Assembly (NCBI GenBank): GCA_009103225.1
Contig: RHPI01001507.1
Location: 287,626-351,625, forward strand
Direction of reading: 5' to 3'
Source: Chlorokybus atmophyticus
Taxonomy: Eukaryota; Plantae; Mesostigma and Chlorokybus algae
Length of the DNA: 64,000 nucleotides
The notes under the pieces were generated by a model that was not told the origin of the DNA, made no database searches, and saw only the letters and a list, made by a program, of their open reading frames with translations. Positions within the stretch are counted from its first letter, which is position 1, and the number at the start of each line of letters is the position of its first letter. Shown piece by piece: positions 21,755 to 36,936 of the stretch. The translations under genes were made by a program, and so were the position numbers.

Positions 21755-24449
21755 CTATTGAGTCTTCTGGCCTTTGCCCTTGCCCATCTTTGAAGACGCA
21801 GAGGCCTTGAGCTCAGGGTGCAGCTGCCAACAACGACCTGCCGTGTGACCAGGATTCCTGCAAGAAGCACAAGTCACCTTTGGCTTATCGAAGCGGGACT
21901 TCTTGAACCGCTGAGGTGCTCCACGTTTGCCGTCCGTGTGCTCTCTCTTCTTCTGCACTGAAACTGCAGTTGTATCCTCAGGATGAGTTGCTTTGGTAGA
22001 TCGCAGAGAGTGGTCGAGACTGATGACATGACTTGATGTACTCATCCAAATTCCCAGCCCCCCCCACAGTGTTGTCCCCTCTCAGCTGCAAGCTGGTGAC
22101 GAGATCCTTGCGTAATCCACTGCGAAAGGAGCGCATCTGTGCAGCCGCATCATACGGAAGTGGTCCTTGGTTGACTTCATCAACCAACAGGCGCCACTCG
22201 CACGCATACACAGCAGCATTCTTGTTGCCCATTAGAAGTTGGGCCAACTTCTCATCTGCTTCCACCCAAGGCGCAACACTCTGGTAGTGACTGCGCATGT
22301 AGTCCATCAGTGCTTGCATGGTATTGGCAAACTTGCCCTTCTCATGCTGCATCTGCACCTTAGCTGGTGCCGAATTGAGAAGAATGTTGAACTTGTCCTC
22401 CTCTGACATGTCATTAGCTAAGGCCAACTAGTTGTTGATGGTTGGATCCACTTCTTAATGGTAGTCTTCCTATCAATGGGATCAAACATGGATGGCTTGA
22501 CCAATGCCATCTTGGCACCGGCAGACATCGTCGCAAATTTTACACGGGGACTGATAAGGGACTGAGGGACTGACGTGTGCCTGACCCTACCTGACGTAAC
22601 GGATTGATCCATACAGGGACTTTTCAGGTCGGCAGTTACAATTAAGCAACATATACCGACGGCAAGCAGTCGACCGATTGATACAATCGACGGCGGCCTG
22701 CCTGTAACGGCAACACCGCACTTTAAGATGACGGCCGATTGTCGGTCGTCCCATTTGCGCGACCTATCTGTATAGTTGATAAGTCACGTTTTGGTCACAT
22801 ACAGTGACGGCCGACCGACGGTCGTACCTTGACCGTAAAAAAGTATGCGCGACGGCCTGCCTACTTTGGCAAGCCAGTCACTGTTAGTCCCTTTCAGGTG
22901 ACCTTACCGCGTTTATCAAGTGACGGCCGATCGCCGATCGTGCACTTAACGCGGCGGCGACCTATTTATTGTGTGTCAAGTATGATAAGCAAGTGACCGC
23001 TGGTCCCTAAAGGTCGGCAAGTCGGGACGGTGGTACCGGCCGGCAAGTCAAACGCGGTGGTACAATGCCGCCGCCGTACTATGTCAATAGTACGAACAGT
23101 GCCATTGTTGCAATGGCACTATCGTAACATCAGTATGGTACGATAGTGCCATTGCGACAATGGTACTTTCGTACCATTATAATTATACGATAATGCCGTT
23201 GCGAATCCGACTCAAAACGTGAGTCAAGTTTCGAAAACGCGTTTGAATAACTTGGGCTGTTCAAGTTATTTAAACGCTCAACAGCTTCAAGTTGAACAGA
23301 GAGTTGTGGGCGGCGGCGGCGGCGGCGGCAGTGATGGCGGCGGTGGCGGCGGCGGCGGCAACGGCTAACAGTAGGTGAGCTTGGTTGCTGTCTGACGTTG
23401 TACTACGTGCAACACCGCATGCCAGCTAACCACCCTCCTTGCCTTAGGGCGGCCAGGCCAGACCAGGCTAGGCCAGACCAGGCCAGGCGGCGGCGGAGAA
23501 GGAACGGCGGCGGCGGAGCTGGAGCGGGCGGTGCAGGAGCCGCAGCTCAGTACAAGGGTAGTACTAGCAGTAGTACCTAAGGTAGCTGTAGCTGTAGTGG
23601 TAGTGGTAGCAGTAGTGGTAGTCTAGTTGTACTAGCAGTAGTAGTAGTAGCTCTGTATATTACATTGTAATTTATTTATTTATTTATTTTTTATTATTTA
23701 TCACGCATTCTTGCATAGCTAATGACGACAATTACGTGTGACACTTTATCATGATTGAGCGGTACCAGCATGTACCTTTACAAGTACACATCGTTAACGG
23801 TAGGTACCTTAAGGTACCTGACAATTTCGCTCAGTTAGCGTACAGTCGCCGGTACCTAACTGATAGGTACCGGTCAGTTACCTGTTAATTAGGTCAAGTT
23901 CTCTTTGCTTAACTGTTGAGTACCTGACAGGTACTTATTAATTAGGGTCAGTCCCTTTATGCAAACGGCCGCCAACTAATGGTGACGACCGTTATGCGCC
24001 GGTCCCTGTATCGAGATCGCCGGTAGACTGAAGGTCGACAATCTAAATGAGTATCATCAGGTGCACGGCCGTTGCTAATATTTAATTGGCCGGCAGGGGA
24101 AACATTTTGCGACGATACTGCTTGTGGCGGGTGAAGAGCGCAATGCCGTCACTTGCTGAGACAGATGAGAGATCAATGACTCTGCGATCTCCAATCTAGA
24201 AGTAACGCCTCGCGCCAACGCTTCCTGATGGCGACAATTTTGTGCCAGGAATTGGAATGCGCAACGCGGGCCATTGGAAGCAGCGTCAAAGACGCGCAGA
24301 AAATTCTGAATGAATTCCTCACTTGTCTCAGTGGGTTGCAACACATAAGGTTGGCTCTGTTGAGCTCCCTCTGAACTGGTGCGAGTAGCTGCTGGTGCAG
24401 GTTGTTGCTGGGTAGTTTTCTCCCTAGGCTCATTGACATCAACATGCAC
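21755..24449 (-). pseudogene. Chromovirus gag, interrupted by the 1.6-kb TIR element and frameshifted
   Basis: Gag-like pieces (KPSMFDPIDRKTTIKKW; QMRSFRSGLRKDL; knuckle CASCRNPGHTAGRC). Removing 22529-24114 plus one AT joins ORF 24449 in frame to ORF 22612-22418 (PATSS-MSAGAK). Confidence 0.75.
22529..24114. mobile_element. Non-autonomous TIR DNA transposon (1586 bp)
   Basis: Termini CGTCGCAAA...TTTGCGACG flanked by AT on both sides. Subterminal ACGGCCG-type repeats, internal (GGC)n, (TAG)n and (TTTA)n microsatellites and hairpins. No coding capacity. Closely related inverted copy at 61102-62348. Confidence 0.85.
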
Positions 24450-25550
24450 AATCTAAGCAGGGTCTGCAGGCAACACCAATGGGGTTGCCCCCAGTTTAAC
24501 ATCTTTCAACCACTTCTCTACATCAATATATAAGGCGCTGCTGCCTAGCGGGTTTAAGTTTGTCGAACTGTTCACCAGCAAGAAGGTGCCTTCGTACATC
24601 ACCTGCAAAACGCTTCGCCTCCCCCACAGAGTAGGGTTGACTGCAGAGAAAGCGTTCTTGCTTGGTGAGCTTAAGGAGAATGGCCCCTTCAATCTCATCC
24701 TGTGGGTCAATTGTGTGTAAGAGTGTGTATCTTCCTTTTGCCCCTCTACTTGCGTAGCGGTAAGCGGGGGATTCTCAATGCCCTGAGATGTTTTTTTTAA
24801 CTTGCCGTTTGCCATGTTTGAACACAGCAATACAGCTTGTAAGAACGAAGCTGTGTCAGGCAAAGGAGTTGTGCAAGCAAAGCTTGCAACAACAACCAAC
24901 AACAAGTCTTATGCCTGGGGCTGCTCGTGTTGTAAAATTGAGTGTAATGCCACCCAAAGAATGGTGTTAACGTGTGAGTGAGTGATGTCACCTATTGCAA
25001 TGCAAAGCAAAGCAACCCAATGACTAAGTGCTCGACTGCAGCGCAGAGGAATATTCGAGAGGCTCCCTCAATTAATGAGGGATATCGCGAGAGGCTTTTT
25101 GTGCTATCAATTGTGCACAAATACGCACACAATGCACGCGAGCCAGCAAACACTCACGCACATCCACCTCTCCACAAGGAAAAGGGGCCAAATTAGCACA
25201 AGACAACCTATACAAGCTAATTATTTACTTGTTTAGGTTGAAAGTCTGGCTGGTCGCGGCGACTTGCCAGGCTTTAGTTGCCGCTGGTCTGGCGGTGGTT
25301 GACCGCAGGGGGCAGGAACTGACGCGCGCGGCAGTCAGTCCGGCGGCCGATACGATGGTACCTGATGCGATGCAGGTTGCGTCGCAGGAGGTTGCGCTGT
25401 AGGCTGCGCAATAGGTGGCTTGCCAGGCTTCTGTCCTGGTGGATGTGAACGGCGACGCTGCTAGCGGCCTGGTGGCTTGCTGGCGGCATTGCTCTACCAC
25501 AATAAATAACCACAATAATTACATTAAGGCGCACCCACAAGGAGAAGCAA

Positions 25551-25562
25551 GCTCCGATACCA
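25551..25562 (-). promoter_or_regulatory. Primer-binding site for initiator tRNA-Met
   Basis: Minus-strand TGGTATCGGAGC two nt from the 5' LTR end; one change from the canonical TGGTATCAGAGC (G-U tolerant). Confidence 0.9.
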
Positions 25563-25564
25563 AA

Positions 25565-25925
25565 TGTAAAAGGAGAAATGCCAACTCCCCCTTCAATGCT
25601 CTACCCCAACACCCACGCCAACGACCCTACGCATGCCGCTGCCATTACTGTCGTGTCAAGAGCCCCCGTTCCCCCACTCACTATCAGCCATAGCTTTGAC
25701 CAGTTTGGTTGATATCAACCAAACTGGTCAAAGCTATGGCTGATTAGGGTAAGAATCGCGGATATCACTCGTTGGGACTCATAGCTTGAATAAGACTCAT
25801 ATACGGGCCTTAATTAAGTATAGAGCGAGGAACCAATGGGGCTTGGCATATAATTGACCAATTAAGGTCATATAAAATGATATCAAGGTGAAAACCTTAA
25901 ATAAGGGAAAAAAAAGCCCTTGACA
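25565..25925 (-). repeat. 5' LTR of the chromovirus
   Basis: tgtaaaaggagaaatgcc...aagcccttgaca; contains a perfect 60-bp palindrome at 25684-25743. Confidence 0.92.
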
Positions 25926-27367
25926 GGCAGGCCCCAATTGCATGCAGTCAGCGCAAGACGACCCATTGCATTTTGCCCACGGGCGAAAACTCGCTCTAAT
26001 GCGAGTTTCATGTGATAGAACCGGAGAATACATGTGAATCAGTAACGAACGAGTAAACGCATGTTAGCCGCTTTGTAAGGTGCCCAACCCCGCGGGCCCG
26101 CCAGGGCACAGCGCGCAACTTGCGCGACTAGCTAGATTAGTGCCCATGCCTGGATGTGGCTTTGCACCGCGCGTCGCCGGGGTTATGAATTTCCGGCAAC
26201 GCGCGATGTAAATTGTCCTATGTTGAGGCACGGGCATTTTCTGGTGGCGGTTTGAACAGCCAATGACAAGGCAGCAAAAACTGCTGCCTTGTCATTGGCT
26301 GGCGCTGCCAACAGCAATGGGGAATATTATAATCCTCATCTCCGTGGCACGATCTGCTTTGATGGTGTTTTCAGTCATAATTTGAAATCGGTTTGCTTAA
26401 AACAATGGGACTTAAGCGAGAAGAATTATGACTCTTAAGTTTTCACCCCTGAGCAACACGCAATATGCATGCCTGGCCAAAGGCCCCAACACCATTATAG
26501 TATTGTGACAATTGCCACCACTCAATAGGGAGGTATGCATGTACCTTGCTACATGCAGATCATACTAATTCAGCTGACCACCGCAACACCTATTATTCTA
26601 ATGCTATGTCGATGTGTACAGAGTGTAAACTCTTTGGGCATAACAAAATAGGACGAATGCATGTTAGTAAAGGCGTGCACGATTATTTGTGACCATTATA
26701 ATCAAGATGGGAACCCCATGCGGCAAGTCCCGGGAAGCTACCAATCTGTTTATGACAATAGGATCCAGCTCGCAATGAAAGCCGCTATGAGTGTTTCCGG
26801 CCAACATCCAAGCACATAATGAAGGGAGCTACATACAGATTTGCCACTTAGATAAATCGGATCACAATGTTGCAGGATGAAGCAGGTTACATGTGGGTAA
26901 CAAAGGCTCCAGGGGCGCAAAAAGACCCTCACAGAAGTAAGCAAGCGAAATTACTTTCTTTATGCAAGGATTGTCATTGTGGGCAGTGTAGCATGGTAGG
27001 CAAATGTTGATTGGTCGTCTTTGTCATGCGTACCTTTGGCTTGAAGATTTGGTTACAGTGTGCCGCACAGCGCACTGCAGCTTCAATAGTAGCTGTGTGA
27101 AGTCAGGTCATGTCGTGGGAATAGCAACCACTCTTGAGGATTGCCACCTGGGTAAGTATTATAGTGGAGCACATGCATGCCGCAGATGAACGTCATTCAA
27201 GCACAGTCGTGGTTTTACAGCACACAGTGCACGCACCATATATATATATACATAGCAATTTCATGAGTCGTTTATTGGCGCTAAATGATGCATCACTTCA
27301 TTTCTACCCTTTTCATCATTTACTGTTTGCACAAATAGTTCGTGACTGCGAAATATATATATATATA

Positions 27368-27555
27368 CCGTAGTGCCGCGAAATCTTCGTGTTGTGCGGC
27401 GGCCACAAATATTGTATAACTTTCGTCAAAACCTCGCAGCTATGCAACTTATTTATTACTACTAGATTGCATAACGGCCGCCGATTATCTAAAACAGTGT
27501 CGTATAGCGCCTGGCTAGAGTTATTTCTTGAACGAAGATTTTCGCGGCACTACGG
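27368..27555. mobile_element. Tc1/mariner-type MITE (188 bp)
   Basis: TIRs CCGTAGTGCCGCGAAA(A)TCTTCGT at both ends (one indel), flanked by TA on each side. Confidence 0.85.
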
Positions 27556-29179
27556 TATTCTTCAGTCCGTTGGTGGACTGAAATGCTATCAACAAACATG
27601 ATTGTATAAGCCGGAGAAGACTGCTATGATTTGGTCCAACCGTACAGGAGGGCCTCTGCACCTGAGGGCCGCGCCTGGTCCAGACCAGCGTAGGTTATCC
27701 TGATCACTGGTCCGTGCCGGTCCGTGCGCGGCAGAACAGCACGGCAAGCGGCACAACCACACGCCTTTCCGACGGCGGACCGTGTGCATGCATGATGCTG
27801 CAGCAATGATATGTACCAGCGCGCTGGGCACATGATGGGCCGCGGGCCCCCAGAAGAACCGTGCACGGTTGCTTCTTGTATCAGGCTCGTGCCGTGTACT
27901 GGTGCGATGACGACAAAACCATGTGCATGGTCCGCCGTCGTAAAGCCGTGTGCGCTTGTGCCGCTTGCCGTGCAGCACGGCCCGTGCTGCTGCTGTCGCT
28001 AGGTTTTCCGGCTTGTAACATTATGTAAAAGCGACCTGATGACACCCGCTCGCCGGCACCAGCTGCCTAGTATTGGGCATTAACCTTAAAAAAGGGGAGA
28101 ACCTTAATCAATGCACCCTGTTCCAATCGGTTTTACGCGCATGACAACCAGTGTGGTGGCCACTTCGAACTTCGTAACGCTCACAAACTGCAGTTGCACG
28201 ATATTACAATAACGCATGAGCATGAGCATTCATGCATTGCAGTATGCAGCAAGCAGGCAGCATGCTCTACAGTGTTATGACCGCAGATTGCATGCTAAGA
28301 TGCTGCATGGATCAAAGAATGAAGCGGGGCGGGTCATGCAGCATAACCCGCCCCTCTCATCCCAAGGGAAGAGTCGGCGGACGATCGTCAACGGCGAGGG
28401 ACAAAGTGAACGTTGGGTCACCCGACTTGGGTGGAATTAATGCCTGAATGCGCACTTGTGATGCCATCGGCGGTACTAGGCTGTTCAATAGGCACAACTG
28501 ATTCTGATCTATTATCTGCTTATCTGCTTTCGTTGGCACTGCTCGCGCGGTACTGCCTCGTACCAAATGCCTTTCTGATGGCATGGTCTTGCCTTGCCAA
28601 GCAGCACGTGGAATAAAGCAGCGCATGCGGCACGATTTGATATTGCTGCCATGCTGTGGTGCGCATAGCATGCAAGTAGGTAGCACGGCGGTTCCCCACC
28701 TGCTAGCCTTGCCTAGCAGTGCTAGCGCAAGGACCTTGGATGATGCTGACCGCGCAAAAATCGCCAGGGCGGCCTGAATTATTATTTGAGCACCTGCGTC
28801 ATCTTTCAAGCGCCGACATCCCCTTCGTTAGTTTGGGGATGAGGGGATTTATGTTGCATTTGATGTGTGAATGTATCCTGAGAATGCTTGACAAGACATG
28901 CCACAAGCACATGTAGTGAATGTGTGTGTGGGTGCGCCGCCTCGCAGCCTGCCGGTGAAGGCCACAGGTGAGTTGTCGGACCAAAGCAGAAGTGTTGTGA
29001 CGTGCCAGTTGGTGTTGTTGGCACTGTTGGCTCTGTGTCAGGGCTGTTGAGGCTCACCACGTTGACATGACAGCTTTGTTGTGTAGGACCCAGCAGACGC
29101 CTGTCACAAAGCCTCCCTCCCTAACCATGGCGCCTCGCTCTCTTTGCCTTCTTACATGTGACTTAAAGCCCAACCATTT

Positions 29180-32071
<2,892 letters not shown>

Positions 32072-33099
32072 TACAACGCGTTTGCGAGCCGGGCGCCGGA
32101 GGATGCTGCAGTCATTAGACGCTACTATGGCGAGCGCAGGGTAACGCAAGCCGTGAATGATGCCAGCAACAAACGGCTCACAGCACTTGCGAGAGAGTCA
32201 ACGGCGGCACTTCTCAACTCCATTCAGTATGTCTATTTCCAGTGCCCTCTCCAGGTGGCCCTCACCTTCCGTCACACCCTGTACAACCTCAACGACACTG
32301 CACGAGGTACATGATCCAAGTGAATATGCGAGCGCGCATGTAACCCCATGAGTGCTTGCTCTGAACTAACCAAGGTTGCCACTGCCTTGTGTGTTTGCTT
32401 GTACGTGCGTGCGCACTCGCGTGTAATGCGACAAGGACGGCTTCTCACTACTGGCTCGTGTGCAGTTGACGCAGTGATAAACAAGTTCACCACGCAAAAC
32501 CAGGCGTCCTTCCCTGGCTGCCCGGTCATTGACTGCAGCAACTGAGTTTTGTGCAAAGAGGAGGACGTTGGCCAGAGCACAGCAAATGCAGTAGCGGTTG
32601 TGGTCCATCGCTTCTTCCGGAAGACATGTGCATGCTTTGTATAGAGTACAGTACTTGGCAGTCGAGCAGGCCTTACATAGGCATGCGTTTCTTGTTGTGC
32701 AGGAGTAGTGTCGCGGGTATAGAGCGTCTTGAACAAGGAAAGTCTTTGGTGTTCAATAAGTGCCAACGGGGCCCAAAAAAACCACACAAAGAAATCAAGG
32801 GCGCACACGGTTGCACACATTCTCTCTTTCTTTCACGCTCATGTAGCAGTGTATGAGATAGTGAGTACACGCGCGTTGCTGTTGTGCGCTTAAATTTTGG
32901 GCCTGTCCGTCTTAATCATCCCGAGTAAACAATCATTGTGCATATGTCTTAGTCTCGTACTCGGAGGTTACTGTCACCCTTGTCGTGACCTCCGGCATGC
33001 CACACCGTGTTGTGTATGCATGATTGAGCACACCAAGCATTGCTTACCAACGAACCCCATACGGGTGTAACTGTCACTTCGATCCTTCATGTTCAGACA

Positions 33100-33800
33100 T
33101 TCCCATTCATTGAAATTATGATATGAGCATCATATTTCCTACGTCCGGCTAGCTTTCTTGCTTGAGTAATCGATTCAAAGAATGCAGGATGTTAGATACA
33201 GTCTGCTTGGTTGCAACAGTTAAACCAGCATGATAACTGTGCAAGCGATGCACGCGAGGGAAGATGAATCACGTGCAGAGACAAATTGATCATAGTTAAT
33301 AACGTACTCAGCTAAGTGATCAAGTGTACAGAGTAATCAAACAAATGGTGTGTAATGCTTGTGTATGCGAATACACACAACCGAAGCGCACATGCACACG
33401 CAATTATAGAAGCAGAACGTTATTTAGCAACTTAGCTACATAAGCATAGCTGACCGGAGAAATAGTACTCAGGTTCCTATTGCCTTCTCTCCTACTCTTT
33501 AACGGATATACAATTTCGTATCCTAAAATAGAAGCTACGAATAACAAACTTGTTGCTAAAGTTCCTTCCTGCTACCGTTGCGCTTGTATGAAGAGTCCCG
33601 CCTGTTCTTGCGCCGCTTGTCGTGCTCCTGCGTGCCGAGCTCTCCATTATGATGCCCGTGGTCCTCATCTCTATAATGGTTGGTCCGCCTGCCGGCGGTG
33701 TTCGATTTCCCTCCACCTGCCACGCCGTGCAGGCTGATGTAGCCTTTTGAGTTGTTTTGCGATAATTGACATATGTTTGTAACAATTGCGTCGTGATTTG
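33100..33800 (-). pseudogene. Degenerate Pif1-family helicase fragment (possibly Helitron-derived)
   Basis: ISLHGVAGGGKS P-loop (33703-33726) followed after a frameshift by IIEMRTTGIIMESSA...TGGTLHTS (Pif1 motif Ia/Ib-like). Later HPAFFESITQARK-like segment. Heavily disrupted. Confidence 0.45.
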
Positions 33801-35424
33801 GCTGTAAGAATTACCCGATGTCGTTTAAACGATATCGGCTCTAATGTACACGATGTCTTGAGGGTCATATGCACGACAGTGTGATGACACCCTCATGCGT
33901 GCTGCTCATGCCACGAGTAGAGTGCGGCAATTGTTGTTGAGAAATATGAATTAACTTATACGCCCCGTTGGAGTCTTCGTATTGACTCCTTCTTTGGACC
34001 CGGGTTGGCCGAATCTGAGCAAATATGAGTACAAGAGTCGTCTGGCAAAGGCGGTCCAAGCAATCAAGTTGTTAACATGGAGGTTTGCATCAAAGGAAGA
34101 GTAAAACACATGCAATTGTAAAGTCAAGAAATAATTGTATATGATGCGACCTAGATATTATATGGCTTCATTCATGCGGGATTTGAACTACACGTGCATA
34201 CGCACATTATGGGCAAGCGCACGTACGCACGCACCATGGGTGTGACAACCCCACCCCCACTCAAGCACACCACAAAAGTCTTACTTTGCAGCCCGTTAGG
34301 GCAAATGCAGGTAGCTACGATGATGGATACATATTGAGCATCAACACGCGTGCAGCAGCAAAGGCAGTGTGATAAACCCCTCAGCAGCAGCATCAAGCCA
34401 TGTCATGAGGTTTGCAAGCACAGCTCAACAAGCAACACCCCTGATGTGTGAGCATTGCTATGGTTGGTTATATATATGTATATATATATGTAGTATACAA
34501 TTGTGTACTTTGTATACATCTGGCTATCAGATATCACAATAATATTATGCTTGAGAAGATTTTAAGAGTGATTATTTACCACACAAAAGCAACCACATTG
34601 TATACTGTAGTGTGTCTCTTCTCCTTTTATTGTGCTGTATTTCTCAAACTTTCGGAACCCGCCGTTTATTCGGCTGATGTATTGCGGGCCACCCAAACGA
34701 AAGCAGTCAAGATGAGAATACATCGAATTGTAACGAACAGAGTGAGCTTGCTGTTAGTAGGCTCGTTGGTAAAGATTCATTGGGGTATGGGGGGCACTAA
34801 TGGAAACGCGTGATGTAGAATGCGGTTCTACGGCAAACTGTCGCGCTGTGCCGTAAACGCGCGGCATCCAACGCGCCGTTTGTCATTTGTCGTCGCTGGT
34901 GGGCGGCCGGAGATTCTTCAGGCTTTGGGGGCCACACTCAGCAACGACAGCGACTTCAACGGTGGTTTAGGTGTTGCTTAATTAAACGCAGTGCGGCGCT
35001 GTCATTTTTGCATTTGCGGTACCACATCAATTGACCGCCTTTGATGCATTCGTTGACTGCACATGCAAAGTCAAAGTCACATCTTTCCATTGTTGCGCTC
35101 ATTATACATGGTCTTTATAAGGAATTTTTGAATATCTTACTGTAAATGTTTACACAAGCGATCACCAGATGGGTAAAGTTGGATGGTCACGATGTCTGAT
35201 AAGCGCTTCACCTTAACTGAAGGGTAGAAAACGTGTACATCAACTGTCCCAGTGACATACAATTGTGTTTTAAAAACACATGAACAATTTATGTACTGTC
35301 ATATTACACCATCTCATTCAACATGGGATACCGATACATGTTTATGCATAGATCGCCGCCATAAGTGTTCATGTGCACCGTTTGTGCTCTTATTGACATT
35401 TTTGGCAAACATGAGCAATATTGC

Positions 35425-36665
35425 GATTAGGATGTGCTTTGAACGGCCGCGATGTAATAATATACATCCAACGGCTTGAGGCTGATGGTCGCCGCCCAAC
35501 AATGAGCGGCAGGCGGCAGGCATACTGCCACGCAGCCCGCCAATTGCGGGTGGCTGTGTTTGATGGGCAAGTAATGGGGGGGATACGTGTGTGATGTGGC
35601 GGCCGGCTTGCTCGGCCAAACAGCCGCACCACTAATTCGGCTGTTGACCATGTTTGATGACGCAGTAACTATAGCGTGTAATCAATTACAGTGGATCAGT
35701 TAGAACGAGGGTGAGTATTGACGGCATGTCTTTTGGGTATGGGGCCTGCCCCGACCTCGTACTGCCAAAAATGCGGCTAATTTAACCACGAACTGTGCTG
35801 CAATTGCACCAAATTGCTAGCGATTTTGGGTCGCCGTTGGCAAGTAGTTGCCGCCGAGATACTTTTCAGCATGTTTTATGCATCTCTGCAATGATTAGCC
35901 AATTTGCTGCCATTTTCAGCAACGGCTGTTGTCACCGTTGCAATCCCATTTTATCAAAATTCATGTGTGACCAAATGGTGGCCTAACGATGCAATTTTTC
36001 GTTTGGTTGAATCTTAACGTTAAGGTAATTCAGGTTTGCACTATTTTAATAATTGTAACCTTGGCATTACTGACAAATTATCTTAGCACGTACCGTGGCG
36101 TGAACGTTAGATTATTTATTTTTATAACATTTAACTGCAAGTTGCTAGCCATATTGCACCATATTGCAGCATATGTGCTTCATATCGCAACATATGTGCT
36201 TCATATTGCAACACATCAGAGATGTTGTGCATGTGGACTTTGCTTCAGTGCACGCCCTAATTGCCGGACTGTGCCGAGATGGTTCTTTTGGACGGTCAAC
36301 AGTCGAACAAACGATCATCACATATCAATGTATCTCCACGTTTATCAAAGTTATTACTGTAACACATAAGAATGATTAACATGCAATCATAAGCGGCCAC
36401 GTATGCAGAACTGTGCTGAAGTTTACATTTATTGGCATGCGTTTACAGGATTGGATGAGCTTTGGACGGCCAGGATGGGTTTAGGGCAGATTTAACGGTG
36501 TAACGCTTGTACTCGCCGCCTAGCCAATGAGAAGCAGGCGGGCCGCACATACTGCCGCGCAACCCGGCAGTCGCGGGTGCTGTGTGATGGCCCTTGTGCG
36601 CGGGATGTGTGATGTAGGTTGAATGCCGGCCGGCCGACAGGCCCGGCCCGACCAAACAGCCGCAC
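35425..36665. repeat. Two diverged ~210-bp direct repeats (35425-35629 and 36450-36665)
   Basis: Shared blocks ggatgNgcttt..acggcc, tcgccgcc, caatgag, catactgcc, gtgtgatgt and ccaaacagccgcac. Confidence 0.7.
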
Positions 36666-36936
36666 TCGTTGTATAATGATGTAGTGGTAATACCCTACAA
36701 GTAATGAGTCATACCAATCTGTGTTCAGGCTGCATGAGTCCTTGCTGCCGCGCAAGTTGCGTTCATGCGTCACACAACGACTACATTGTCAACGTACAAT
36801 ACTCATTGATGCGTCATTGTGCATCGTGCATGATGCATGCTGTGCAACCGCATGTCGTCGACATGATGTCGATGACTTCAGAAGCAAGGTGCTCAACTGT
36901 CAACGCATCAGCTTCGTTCGTCGCGCATGCGCGGCG

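Larger units (their letters stand above)
17592..25925 (-). mobile_element. Decayed chromodomain-containing Ty3/Gypsy element (chromovirus) with LTRs and 5-bp TSD
   Basis: TG...CA LTRs. GGCAG at 17587-17591 and 25926-25930 (TSD). PBS and PPT present. Frameshifted gag, PR (LDTAAT), RT (YLDDI), RNase H (SDASKFGCGAVL), integrase and chromodomain (EYEVENILDHRK...YLVKWKGYG). Confidence 0.92.
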
